Positions 1-10,009 of a DNA stretch of 64,000 nt are shown piece by piece. The position numbers and the translations under genes were made by a program. The notes under the pieces are model-generated. The model was given only the letters and a program-made list of their open reading frames with translations, was not told where the DNA came from and did not search any database. Location of the stretch: NCBI GenBank assembly GCA_963762565.1, contig CAVXLD010000007.1, positions 288,001-352,000 on the forward strand. Direction: 5' to 3'. This DNA comes from an uncultured Verrucomicrobiae bacterium. Its GTDB lineage: Bacteria > Verrucomicrobiota > Verrucomicrobiia > Chthoniobacterales > JAFAMB01. How positions within the stretch are numbered: position 1 is the first letter of the stretch; each line of letters begins with the position of its first letter.

Positions 1-158
1 AGCCTACGTCGCGGCCAGGTTTCAGGCGTGTCAGACCTCACAACAAGGGCGCGCCATAGCGTAGCGACGGCGGCCTGCTGGTCCGTGTGTTCTCAATGAT
101 CTTCTCGCTCCGCGCGCCACGGATGAGCCCGGGCTCATCCCTACCGGTGCTGCTGGAA

Positions 159-1868
159 TTAGTCGTTTCCGGCGCGGCCCTCATACGCAGCGAGACATTC
201 TCGCAACGTCTCGAACATTCGGGTTGGACCGATGACTTCGGTTAGCTCTTGGCGGTCAAGATCCGCTCTGAAGTTCTGGTTGATATGGGCAAACACCAAA
301 GTAATCCCCTTTTTATCTAACTCCTTAGCTAATTCTTTAAGGCCGCCGGCCGCCGTATAGTCGATGCTCGTGATCGCTCCCGCATCAACTGCCAGCCAGG
401 TCACCGGAGATTGAGAGTCGGTCAGCAGTTTATGCGCCTGGCCGGCAAAACGATCGAAGTTTGCGTAGAATAGATCCGACCCAAACCAATACACAATGAG
501 ACCCGGCGCCGCCATGTGCTCCGGTGACAAAGCGTTCATCAACCAATGCCCTTCGGGGGCCCGCGTTTCTACCGCCGTATGAGGTCGGTAACTGTGCCGC
601 ACGTGCTGCAGCAGCGATAGAACTAACGCGAGCATGATCCCATCCTCCACCCCAAAAAGAACAACAGCGCCCGTGGTAATAAGCGCCAGAATCCATTCAC
701 CGGGGCTCTTTCGCTGCAATTCGCGTAACCCCTTAAGATCGACCAGCCGGACAGCGATGGTAAACACGATGGCGCCTAGCACGCAGACTGGAAGAAACTG
801 CAGAGGACCAGTTAGGAAAAGGAGCACAAGCATTACCACCAGCGCGGTCGACAGGTGCGCTAACTGGCTGCTGCCACCCGAGGTTTCCACCATCGCCGTC
901 TGCGTCGGACTACCGTTTACGACGAACGTTCCCGTGAACGCCGCTGCTGCATTAGCGGCAGAAATTCCGAGCAGATCGCGATTTTCATCTAGCACCTGAT
1001 GATGCTTAGCGGCGTAGGCTCGCGCTGTGACCGCGCTTTGAGCCACGATCATCACGAAGCAGGATCCGGCTATTGGCAGTAGCTGATTAACGAGCGTCCA
1101 ATTCAGTGGTGGCATCGAAAGATGAGGCAAACCGCCGGCTACAGCGCCGACGACGTGAATTCCGTGTTGCGAGAAATCGAATAGCGCGCTGGCTGCGATC
1201 GTTCCTACCACCGCGATCAGCGCGCCGGGGACTCGCGGGGCAAACCGGTGGAGGACCAGCACTAGAGCTACTACTCCCGCCGACAAGCACAGCGTCGGGA
1301 TATGAGTATTTGGCAATTGTCGTAAGACTTGGAACAATTGACCGACGGGATTGACGCCATGTACCTCCACGCCCAGCATCTCACTGAGGACAGCGATCCC
1401 GACCTGAAACCCGACACCGGTCAAAAACCCGATCAAGACCGTTCGAGACAGGAAATCCGCCAGGAAGCCAAGTTTGAGCAGCCGAGCCAGCATCAGGAGC
1501 CCGGCGGTCAGCAGCGCCACCAGGCCGGCCATCGAGACATAGTCCGCGTTCCCGACCGAAGCGACTCCCGTCAGACCTCCAGCTAGGATTGCCGCTGTGG
1601 CCGAATCGGACGCTACCACCAGGTAGCGCGACGATCCGAAAGCGGCGAAAGCTATCACCGGCAGTAGCAATGTGTAGAGCCCGGTTATCACCGGCATTCC
1701 GGCAATCTTGGCGTAGCCCAGGGCCTGGGGAATGTTTAGAGCCGCCAACGATATGCCGGCGGCGAAATTGGCTGCCAGCGTCGAGCGATTAAGCGGACGG
1801 ATGCTCTGAAACAGCGGGAAGCGCCATCCTTTGATTGGCTTGTCGGCCGAGGGCGTCGCTTCGCTCAT
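159..1868 (-). CDS. SulP/SLC26 family anion (sulfate/bicarbonate) permease with C-terminal STAS domain
   Basis: PQALGYAKIAG..GLY and FGSSR signature, many TM helices, STAS-like C-terminus (LFYANF, DAGAITSIDYTA). Confidence 0.95.
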   Translation of the reverse strand: MSEATPSADKPIKGWRFPLFQSIRPLNRSTLAANFAAGISLAALNIPQALGYAKIAGMPVITGLYTLLLPVIAFAAFGSSRYLVVASDSATAAILAGGLTGVASVGNADYVSMAGLVALLTAGLLMLARLLKLGFLADFLSRTVLIGFLTGVGFQVGIAVLSEMLGVEVHGVNPVGQLFQVLRQLPNTHIPTLCLSAGVVALVLVLHRFAPRVPGALIAVVGTIAASALFDFSQHGIHVVGAVAGGLPHLSMPPLNWTLVNQLLPIAGSCFVMIVAQSAVTARAYAAKHHQVLDENRDLLGISAANAAAAFTGTFVVNGSPTQTAMVETSGGSSQLAHLSTALVVMLVLLFLTGPLQFLPVCVLGAIVFTIAVRLVDLKGLRELQRKSPGEWILALITTGAVVLFGVEDGIMLALVLSLLQHVRHSYRPHTAVETRAPEGHWLMNALSPEHMAAPGLIVYWFGSDLFYANFDRFAGQAHKLLTDSQSPVTWLAVDAGAITSIDYTAAGGLKELAKELDKKGITLVFAHINQNFRADLDRQELTEVIGPTRMFETLRECLAAYEGRAGND

Positions 1869-1967
1869 CGTCAGTTAGAGTAACCTGTCCAGCGCTACAA
1901 CGGAAGTTTCCGTTGTGGCGGACAAAACGACGCGGCAGGCACTCACCAAACAACGCTCTGCTTACCG

Positions 1968-2702
1968 TTATGAACTAACTAACTCGACCTTCCCTGTCTT
2001 AAGATCGTAAACGCCACCGACAATTTTGAGTTTCTTTTGGTTGAATGCCTCACTTAAAATTGGCTCGGCTGTTTGCAGTTTTTGTACGGTTAGCACCACG
2101 TTTTGCTTGATCGCATTGCTCAGCAGATCGCCGGGCTGATTCTCGACCGCCTGAACCGCGGGCGTGAGGGCTTCGGTTAGCGATGGGATATGACCCGGAA
2201 ATGTGGCGCCATTTTTTATTTGCTTAATGGTTGAGTCCACTGCGCCACAAGCTTGGTGACCAAGAACCAAGATCAGGGGTGTGCTAAAAGTGGCCACCGC
2301 GTATTCGAAACTGGCGATCGTATCAGGATTGGCAAAGTTGCCTGCTACCCGGCAGACGAAGATATCGCCGCGGCCGGTATCGAATGCATATTCGGGTCCA
2401 ATTCGAGAATCGGCACAGCTGAGTATTCCGGCAAACGGATTTTGTCCGCCGGCTAACGCCTCCCGTTCCGTACTAAAATCGTGACGGCGCATGGTGCCCG
2501 CGGCGTAACGGTGGTTTCCCTTCATGAGCCGATCCAATGCCGCGTCCGGGGAAAGCACGTTTTGAGGTTTGGGCGGCGAACCTTTTTCAGCGGCTCGCGT
2601 TAAGACCGGGACTGATAACGATGCGGCTAGCAGCGCGAGAAATTTGCGCCGTGGCAAATGGACGCCGCCTTGAGCTAACGATGGGTCACATAATTTACAC
2701 AC
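1968..2702 (-). CDS. Beta-class carbonic anhydrase with twin-arginine (Tat) signal
   Basis: CADSR and HxxC (GHQACG) zinc ligands, RVAGN motif; N-terminal RRKFL followed by a hydrophobic stretch. Confidence 0.93.
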   Translation of the reverse strand: MCKLCDPSLAQGGVHLPRRKFLALLAASLSVPVLTRAAEKGSPPKPQNVLSPDAALDRLMKGNHRYAAGTMRRHDFSTEREALAGGQNPFAGILSCADSRIGPEYAFDTGRGDIFVCRVAGNFANPDTIASFEYAVATFSTPLILVLGHQACGAVDSTIKQIKNGATFPGHIPSLTEALTPAVQAVENQPGDLLSNAIKQNVVLTVQKLQTAEPILSEAFNQKKLKIVGGVYDLKTGKVELVSS

Positions 2703-2924
2703 AAAAGGAGAAGGGGTTGCATTCGATTCTGCTAGACGCGTGGGAAGATGTAAAGACCTTCTCGACTCGATGCCAGCAGAGGCTGAGGAATGGGACCGGA
2801 TTGTAGATTCGGCATTTGCCCCGCCTAAGCATTGCTGCGCACGCGGCTCTTCGCTCGATAAAACGGCCAGCCCGAAAGCGGGAGCAACAACTCACGCCTG
2901 ATCTACAATCATTCCTGTGAGGAG

Positions 2925-4255
2925 TTGGCGGTGCTATTGCAATCCAACCGAGACCTCTGGAACCGAACTGAGACTATCCAATCGGGGGACCATGTTTACC
3001 GATTACGATTCGCACGTGGTTCACGTCTTGCCGGTATCTGGAGTCCGGATTATTTCGATTTCTTCCGTACCCCGGCCCAGCTACATAAGAAATTTGATGG
3101 GTCCGCAGAGCCTAATAGTTGGGGAGGAGCTTTAGCGGGGGTACACCGAGAGCTGGATTCGAGGAAATATTTTCTTCCTCCAAGAGGCCTCGCGGTTTCG
3201 GTTACTGCGATCATCAATATAGATCGGCGAGAGGCGAAGGGCCACGGCGTGCGAGACGCGACCCTGACGCTTTATGAGCCGAGCAGGCGAGAAAGCATCC
3301 AAGTGGCGGGGGCGAGGAGAGCACTGGAAGCCGACTTCACGGCTCCGATCGCATACTATCGCAACCCGTTTCTCTTGGGTTTAGCTGCCATGTATAATGC
3401 CGGGAAAATATCGTGAACGCACGGGACTCTATTTGCTCGAGCCATACGATCCTGATCAGATCCCTGTGGTTTTTATTCACGTCTTAATGTCGTTACCGCA
3501 GATGTGGGTCCCAACGATCAAAGCGATCAATTCGGATCCGGAATTGCGGGGCCGGTTTCAATTTTGGGTATTCGCCTATCCGACCGGTGATCCCATTCTG
3601 TTATCAGCGCTGAAACTTCGAGAGGAATTGGCACGCGTTTATCAGCTTTATCCTCGAACCAAAGACATGATTCTGATTGGACACAGCATGGGCGGGCTAG
3701 TTGCCCGGCTGCATGCGGTGAACACGGATGCGGACCAGCTCTATGCCACTGTGCCGCCAGACAATCTTGCGAAGCATGCAATAATATTCGACGCGAACCC
3801 TCACGTAAGAAGGATCGTATTTATCTGTGTATCACACCGAGGCAGCTATCTCGCGACTAATTGGATAGGTTCGCTTGGCGTTGGTCTGGTTCGGCTGCCT
3901 GGAAATCTCCTAAGTGGTTCTGAAGGAAGCATTATCAGCACGCTTCGAGCCACCATGAGATTGACACACGTGCCCACGGGCATCAATGGCCTTTCGCCGC
4001 GGTCCCCAGTTCTTAAAACGCTCGATACGCTGCCAATTACGGCACCGTACCATTCTATCATTGGCGACCGCGGTCGTGGTGATTCGCCAAATAGTTCGGA
4101 CGGTGTCGTGCCTTATTGGAGCTCACATCTTGAAGGCGCCCGTCGTGCCGGGTCCACACGGATCGTACGCTCTTCCACAGACGGTGGCGGAGCTTAAGCG
4201 GATTCTACGGTTGGAACTGGCTGCTCGCGAGGGAGTCTCACACAAAGTCACGTAA
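2925..4255 (+). pseudogene. Alpha/beta-hydrolase (lipase/esterase-like), frameshifted
   Basis: GHSMGG nucleophile elbow, SDGVVPY and VPGPHGS motifs are spread over three frames (ORFs 2925-3416, 3397-4197, 3986-4255); oxyanion HG reads HV. Confidence 0.8.
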
Positions 4256-4404
4256 GCACAAAGAAGGCAGAGAAATCGCGCCTATTTGCCGCCCACCGCT
4301 ACCGAGGCGTTGACAGTGTTCTTAACCACCGATTTAAGGTTCGCCTTTCATAATAGAAAATCTGTGACCTTTTTGGGTCATAACGCCCTGAATTCGGGCT
4401 CGAA

Positions 4405-4812
4405 TTATCGATTCAACCGAGTGGACCCCTTGGCCAACACTTTGCCACTAGCGTCGGCTAGCACGAAGTCGAAGGACATTCGGGCCGGATGACCCGCACT
4501 AATGATTCTAGCGTTTCTTGCAGTCGAGTTTCGACCGGCCAAGTCGATATCGGTGAAGCGCAGGAGCAAACTGCAATTCGGAAACTTCGATTGCAGCACC
4601 GGTCTCAGTTCGTCTCTCACACTGTCGGCAAATAAGCCGGCCGTGTAGTTAGCATCACGTCCTCGGACTTGAAAGTCCGTAAATTTGGCAGGGTTAACGA
4701 ACTGGACGCTGACTGGTGGGGGCGTGGCCGCTGCCACTAAATTGACTGCTGGACCCATGGCTACAAAACAAAAACACATTGAGAGCCTCAACAGGGGGGG
4801 TAGATTTTTCAT
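4405..4812 (-). CDS. DUF3016-like secreted protein, probably C-terminally truncated
   Basis: Signal peptide, VxFVNPxKFTD and FTDIDLAG motifs; ends abruptly after GSTRL. Confidence 0.6.
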   Translation of the reverse strand: MKNLPPLLRLSMCFCFVAMGPAVNLVAAATPPPVSVQFVNPAKFTDFQVRGRDANYTAGLFADSVRDELRPVLQSKFPNCSLLLRFTDIDLAGRNSTARNARIISAGHPARMSFDFVLADASGKVLAKGSTRLNR

Positions 4813-4902
4813 AGCATTCTTGGGGTTTACGGCAACAATCGTCTCATATTTGGCGAACGCAAAAAAAGCTGCGCAAATGGGCAGGTATTTCAGGTCCAAC
4901 GG

Positions 4903-5040
4903 CTCGCCTTAGGCTCGCCGAATAGCAAATAGCAAATAGCAAATAGCAGATAGCAAAATTGATGCAGCCCAACGCTGGGCTCGCGGACGCTTTGCTATTT
5001 GCTATCTGCTATTTGCTATTCCGAACGAGCCTCAGGCGAG
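4903..5040. repeat. Inverted-repeat element with 7-bp tandem arms (AATAGCA)n / (TTTGCTA)n
   Basis: About 5 units at 4921-4956, 4 complementary units at 4991-5020, plus outer imperfect arms ctcgccttaggctcg / cgagcctcaggcgag. Confidence 0.92.
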
Positions 5041-5132
5041 TTTCGGATGCACCAGCAAACTGAGGTTATCCTTGCTCTTCGGATTTTATCCTCGGAGTAT
5101 AGGAACGAGTTCCATCCAGTGAAGCCCCCTCA

Positions 5133-6095
5133 ATGCAACGTTCACAATTCCTTGTAGCTCCCACGATCGCGGCGCTCTCTTTCTTGTTCTGTACCGCCTC
5201 TTCATATGGTCAGGCACATACGAAGGGAAAAGAGGTATCCCCGCTCACAAAAACCCTGAAGCCAGGCGATTATGTCTGGCATCCTGAGGTTTCTCCAAAT
5301 GGGCCGGTGGTCGTTCTTGTGAGCATACCAGACCAGCTTCTTTATGTTTACCGCAACGGTGTGCGTATTGGCCGGTCGACGGTCAGCACCGGTAAACCGG
5401 GTAAGCAAACACCCACGGGCGTTTTTACCGTTCTGCAGAAAAAGGTTCGCCATGAGTCCAGCATCTACAAAGGCGCGCAGATGCCGCACATGCAGCGACT
5501 AACCTGGAGTGGGGTTGCCATGCATGCCGGCCATTTACCGGGTTACCCTGCCTCAGCAGGCTGTGTCCGGATGCCAATTGACTTTGCGGCAAAGCTTTAT
5601 TCGGTTACCGGCCTGGGGAGCACCGTTATCATTGCGGACAATCGGTCTGCGCCCAGGGAGACGACCAATCCGGGACTTTTGTTTTCTGGGAAAACTGGAA
5701 CCCCAAGTGGCAAATTCCAATGGAGCCCGGACAAGGCGCCGAAAGGGCCGTTGTCTATCATTATTAGCAATCCGGATCGGGCGGCCTATGTCTATCGTAA
5801 CGGGATAGAAATCGGGAGGGCGCCGATCAACGCAGTTCCTCGATTAGCCGGTTCCTACGTGTATAACGCGTTGGATTTGGTCGATGCTAACGGGCAACGC
5901 GAATGGATTTCTACGGCAAGCAGCCGGGGCCGCGCGCCGAACCTAAAGGATGTCGCGAGCCAGCTGGGGATTCCCCCCGAATTCGATGCCGACCTGCGCG
6001 GCTTAATTACCCCAGGCACGACGCTGGTTTTGACGAACTTGGCGGTGAACGCCGGCACCCGAAGCGCACCTGGATTCGATATCCTGACCGACTAA
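5133..6095 (+). CDS. L,D-transpeptidase (YkuD family)
   Basis: Signal peptide; STG..TPTG and AMHAG..ASAGCVR catalytic motif. Confidence 0.9.
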   Translation: MQRSQFLVAPTIAALSFLFCTASSYGQAHTKGKEVSPLTKTLKPGDYVWHPEVSPNGPVVVLVSIPDQLLYVYRNGVRIGRSTVSTGKPGKQTPTGVFTVLQKKVRHESSIYKGAQMPHMQRLTWSGVAMHAGHLPGYPASAGCVRMPIDFAAKLYSVTGLGSTVIIADNRSAPRETTNPGLLFSGKTGTPSGKFQWSPDKAPKGPLSIIISNPDRAAYVYRNGIEIGRAPINAVPRLAGSYVYNALDLVDANGQREWISTASSRGRAPNLKDVASQLGIPPEFDADLRGLITPGTTLVLTNLAVNAGTRSAPGFDILTD

Positions 6096-6101
6096 ACCAA
6101 C

Positions 6102-6277
6102 AGCAAGGAGCTAGGAGCTAGGAGCTAGGAGGGCCGATCGGCACAAAGGCGTTCCCGCACGTGGTTTGCCAGTCACATTAGTCCCATAGGTCATATAGGT
6201 CCCATCCGTTCCACCCCTACTGCCGTTTGCTATCCAGCGGATCCGCTCAGCGACAAGGGCCCTCCTAGCTCCTTGCT
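6102..6277. repeat. Inverted-repeat element with (GGAGCTA)n arm and internal 9-mer repeat
   Basis: agcaaggagctaggagctaggagctaggagggcc at 6102-6135 vs ggccctcctagctccttgct at 6258-6277; gtcccatag-like repeat at about 6181-6206. Confidence 0.85.
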
Positions 6278-6322
6278 TTTTGCGGCTATTCTAATCTGTT
6301 TTCCCGTGAGATTGGGATGCTC

Positions 6323-6781
6323 CTACAGCCCGGAACCACCCTTTAATTTAGCGGCTGCGGCTTCGGCTTTCGCTGCGGCTCCGCGTTCAAGGTAGCCGTC
6401 GGTCGCCAGGATCAGAATGTGGTCGAGTTTCATGTGGATCGCGGTAAACCCTTTCACTACGTACATCGTCGATTCTGTTCCGTCGTCGACGACCTCCCAA
6501 CTCGCATCCGTGACTTGCTTTAGAAGGTTCTGGATATCGTTCCCGGTGAAAGGCTTGGCGCCGCCTACCCAATTTAGATAAGAAACTGCGTCTGCCTTGT
6601 CTTTGTAGAAATGAATTTCCAGGTAATGATTCCCCGTCTTAAACTTGTGCCATTCCTGGGCTTCCTTGCCGATGATCGCGCCGTATTTTGCGGTGCATTG
6701 CTTCTGGGTTAGCCCGAGTTGACCGTGGGCAGAACCCGCCACCATTAAAGTGGCGCAAGAGAGCAGAGTTATGAGCTTCAT
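6323..6781 (-). CDS. Hypothetical secreted protein
   Basis: 152-aa ORF with a clear signal peptide (MKLITLLSCATLMVAGSAHG). Confidence 0.7.
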   Translation of the reverse strand: MKLITLLSCATLMVAGSAHGQLGLTQKQCTAKYGAIIGKEAQEWHKFKTGNHYLEIHFYKDKADAVSYLNWVGGAKPFTGNDIQNLLKQVTDASWEVVDDGTESTMYVVKGFTAIHMKLDHILILATDGYLERGAAAKAEAAAAKLKGGSGL

Positions 6782-7127
6782 CGCTCTTGATTACTCTGTC
6801 TGTGAAGAACAATTCAAGCTTAGCGATGAATAAAAGATGTTGAGCAGACCCGTCTAAAGGCAGGTTAACTCGCCGACTAGGTGAGAGAAGCTCTGGCCGA
6901 TTACTTGACCTGTAACGTGTTAATCGATATAAAGAAGCGAATCGTTGGTTGGGTATTTCAGGACCCTGGTTTTCCCAGGTGTAGGCTGCGAGCCTCCCGT
7001 GCAAGGATGCCCTTCCTACAGTGAGTGAACGTTCCAAAGCACGCCGTCAGCAAGTCGACCCACCAAGTCTGCGTAGGCGGCTAGGCTCTTGCGTTCCGCT
7101 CATCGCTGCTACAGGAGGCTGCAGGTC

Positions 7128-8576
7128 ATGAACTGGATAACCATCGCGTGGCCCATGATAGCCGCTGCCTGCCTGACGCTCGCGCTAATGCAGCTGCGTA
7201 TCGCCATCGGTCGGACCCCGCGCTTACCTCATATTTTCTTCTTTCTGAACGCGCTCGCGGTCGCGTCACTCGCAGGGTTAGAACTGGCCCTGCTCGAGGC
7301 TAAGACTCTTGAGCGATATCAGTCGCTGTTGCACTGGGCGCAGCTGCCCTTGTGGCTGATGGTGGTTTCGCTTTTGGGTCTGGTGTGGAGTTTTTTTCGC
7401 ACAGGGCGGAAGTGGCTTGCGGTGGTGGCCGGAGCGCTGAACACCCTTGCTTTGGTCGCGAATTTCGTCGCCCCGACGCCCGCCATTCGACAGGCTGTCG
7501 CCATCGAGCGAGTGCACACATTCGGTGGCGCAGCGTTCACCTCTGCAAAGTTTGTTCACGGGCCCTGGAATACAGTGGCAGTGACCAGCATTGCCGCCTT
7601 GTTAATCTTTGTGTTGGATGCGTCTGTCGCGCTTTGGCGCAAAGGTGAGCGACAACGCGCGTTAGTAGCCGGCGGCGGCATCGTTCTCTTTTTGGTCGGT
7701 TCACGCGTTTACGGATCGCTGGTGGAGGCAGGTATCGTGCACACGCCCTACTTTGTTTGTTTTATGTACTTTGGCGTGCTGGTCGCGATGGGGCATGAGA
7801 TGAGCGAGCAGGTACTCCACGCAACCAAACTGGCGCGAGCGTTGCGGGAAAGCGAGAACCAGCTCGCTCACGCAAGCCGCGTTTCGACCATCGGGCAATT
7901 CACCGCCGGGCTCGCTCATGAGCTAAACCAACCGCTGGGGGCGATCCTTCGTAACGCTGAGGCGGCAGAGTTGTTTCTGCAAAGTCCTACGCCGGACTTG
8001 GAGGAACTGCGAGCCATCGTCCAGGACATTCGCAAAGACGAACAGCGTGCGTGCGACGTAATTGATCGATTACGCTCTTTCCTCAAGCGAGGCGATCTCA
8101 ACTCCGGCCCAGTAGCTGTCCGCGAGCTGCTCGAAGAGGCGGCAGCCCTTACCCGTGCCGATGCTGCTTCTAGGGGAGTGGTGCTCGAGATTGCAGCCGC
8201 GCCCGGACTGCCCGTCGTTTCCGGCGATCGCGTGCATCTCCAGCAGGTACTGGTGAACCTGGTCCTCAACGGGATGGAAGCGATGAATGGATACCCGCAT
8301 CGGGAGCGTTCTGTTACCCTTGGAGCTCTTAAGAAGTCGCGGGATACAGTCGAAGTCTTCGTTCGTGATACAGGTCCAGGCATCGCCTCGGAAAACTTGT
8401 CGCATCTTTTCGAACCATTCTTCACCACAAAGGAGCGCGGTATGGGGTTGGGTCTAGCCATTTCGCGCACCATTATCGAGGCCCATGGCGGACGACTTTG
8501 GACCGAGCCGAATGGAGACCACCGCGGAGCTACCTTTCGATTCACATTGTCGGCCTCAGCGGCTGACAGCTTATAA
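7128..8576 (+). CDS. Membrane sensor histidine kinase (FixL/NtrB-type HisKA)
   Basis: Multi-TM N-terminus, AHELNQPL H-box, N/G1/F/G2 boxes; GGAGG upstream of ATG 7128. Confidence 0.93.
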   Translation: MNWITIAWPMIAAACLTLALMQLRIAIGRTPRLPHIFFFLNALAVASLAGLELALLEAKTLERYQSLLHWAQLPLWLMVVSLLGLVWSFFRTGRKWLAVVAGALNTLALVANFVAPTPAIRQAVAIERVHTFGGAAFTSAKFVHGPWNTVAVTSIAALLIFVLDASVALWRKGERQRALVAGGGIVLFLVGSRVYGSLVEAGIVHTPYFVCFMYFGVLVAMGHEMSEQVLHATKLARALRESENQLAHASRVSTIGQFTAGLAHELNQPLGAILRNAEAAELFLQSPTPDLEELRAIVQDIRKDEQRACDVIDRLRSFLKRGDLNSGPVAVRELLEEAAALTRADAASRGVVLEIAAAPGLPVVSGDRVHLQQVLVNLVLNGMEAMNGYPHRERSVTLGALKKSRDTVEVFVRDTGPGIASENLSHLFEPFFTTKERGMGLGLAISRTIIEAHGGRLWTEPNGDHRGATFRFTLSASAADSL

Positions 8577-8582
8577 TAATAA

Positions 8583-9197
8583 ATGAACGCAGAACCTATT
8601 GTGCATCTGATCGATGACGACGCGTTGTTTCTCACTGCGACCGCAAGGTTATTGCACGGGAGCGGCATACCGGTCGCGACGTTCCGTTCGGCTCAGGAGT
8701 TTCTGGCTTCGCTAACCTTGGAAACCCGAGGATGCGTTGTGGCGGACTTGCGGATGCCAGGCTTGACCGGCCTGGACATGCAGGCGGCGCTCGCCCGAAC
8801 CAGCAATCCATTACCGGTAATATTTCTAAGCGGATACGGCGATATACCGGCTAGTGTCCGCGCGATGCGGAATGGAGCAGAGGACTTTCTGGAGAAATGC
8901 GCACCAAAGATGCAGTTATTAGATGCCGTGCGCCGAGCTTTGGTCCGCGACGCGGAAGCACAGGAGAAACGTTGCCGAGTTAGAGAGGTTAGCGAGCGCT
9001 TTGCCTGTCTTAGCGAGCGTGAACGCGAGGTTCTTGGTCATGTTGTCCAGGGTAAGCTGAACAAACAAATCGCTTTTGATCTGGCTATTCATGAACGCAC
9101 GGTCAAACTGCACCGGACTTCAATTACCAGGAAGTTGCGGGTATATTCAGTCGCCAATCTAACCCGCCTCGCCCACGAACTACGATTGTTCGAATAG
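8583..9197 (+). CDS. FixJ-type response regulator (REC + LuxR HTH)
   Basis: IDDD, DLRMPG, LSEREREV, NKQIAFDL..TVKLHR. Confidence 0.93.
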   Translation: MNAEPIVHLIDDDALFLTATARLLHGSGIPVATFRSAQEFLASLTLETRGCVVADLRMPGLTGLDMQAALARTSNPLPVIFLSGYGDIPASVRAMRNGAEDFLEKCAPKMQLLDAVRRALVRDAEAQEKRCRVREVSERFACLSEREREVLGHVVQGKLNKQIAFDLAIHERTVKLHRTSITRKLRVYSVANLTRLAHELRLFE

Positions 9198-9539
9198 GTC
9201 TGCCGGGTCTGCATCGTGGTAGCTCGTCAAGCTGGCTCCGCGAAAGTATTTCCAGCCCCCGGGCGCGGGATGCAATTCCGACACAGCCCAGTACTCCAAC
9301 CCTCCAATACTCTATCACCCAGCTCGGCGGGATTCGAGGACAGCCTGTCCGCCGTAGCCCAGGCTCCATGTTGCCACCCGCTCGAGGTCGGCCTCGCAAG
9401 CGATGCGCGCTCCACAACCAGGACGTTGGCGAAGGCGGAAGGACGACGAGGAGGAGGAGAACGAAGTGCCTGTGAGATGTGCCCTAAAGGGCAGTAGCTG
9501 CAACATCGTTCCCAGTTTATCCTCGGCATTACAAACCGG

Positions 9540-9956
9540 GTGAGCACCAGTATCAGAACTTATGTTGCCGTCGTCGACGATGATCAAAGCTTCTGCCGAT
9601 CGCTCGATCGGCTACTACGCGCGGCTGGCTTTCATTCGGTTACCTATCGAACAGCGGAGGATTTCTTACACGACAAGAAACGGCCACAGTTTGATTGCCT
9701 CGTGCTTGATATCAAGCTTCCCGGCATTTCCGGCATCGAGTTGCAAGGCCAACTCAAAGCCGAGGCAGTGCCGACACCGGTGATCTTTGTCACCTCTCAC
9801 GACAGCCCGGAACTACAGATGCAGGCGCAGGCCACTGGCTGCATCGCTTATTTCCGCAAGACGGACCCAGGTGATGCACTCATTGATTCAATTCGCCGGC
9901 TAGCGATGGGGCCATCTTCGCCCAAACCTCCCTTTAACCAAGGACACCGTTTCTGA
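9540..9956 (+). CDS. Single-domain response regulator
   Basis: VVDDD, LDIKLPG, FVTS and conserved K in receiver positions. Confidence 0.88.
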   Translation: MSTSIRTYVAVVDDDQSFCRSLDRLLRAAGFHSVTYRTAEDFLHDKKRPQFDCLVLDIKLPGISGIELQGQLKAEAVPTPVIFVTSHDSPELQMQAQATGCIAYFRKTDPGDALIDSIRRLAMGPSSPKPPFNQGHRF

Positions 9957-10009
9957 AAGGAAGCAAGGCACACCTAACAATCTCATCTGACAGCACGATT
10001 CCTCCCGAA

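Noticed and set aside
6840..7085. Possible riboswitch or ncRNA in the intergenic region
   Set aside because: Small hairpins are present, but I recognise no family consensus; it needs an Rfam scan.
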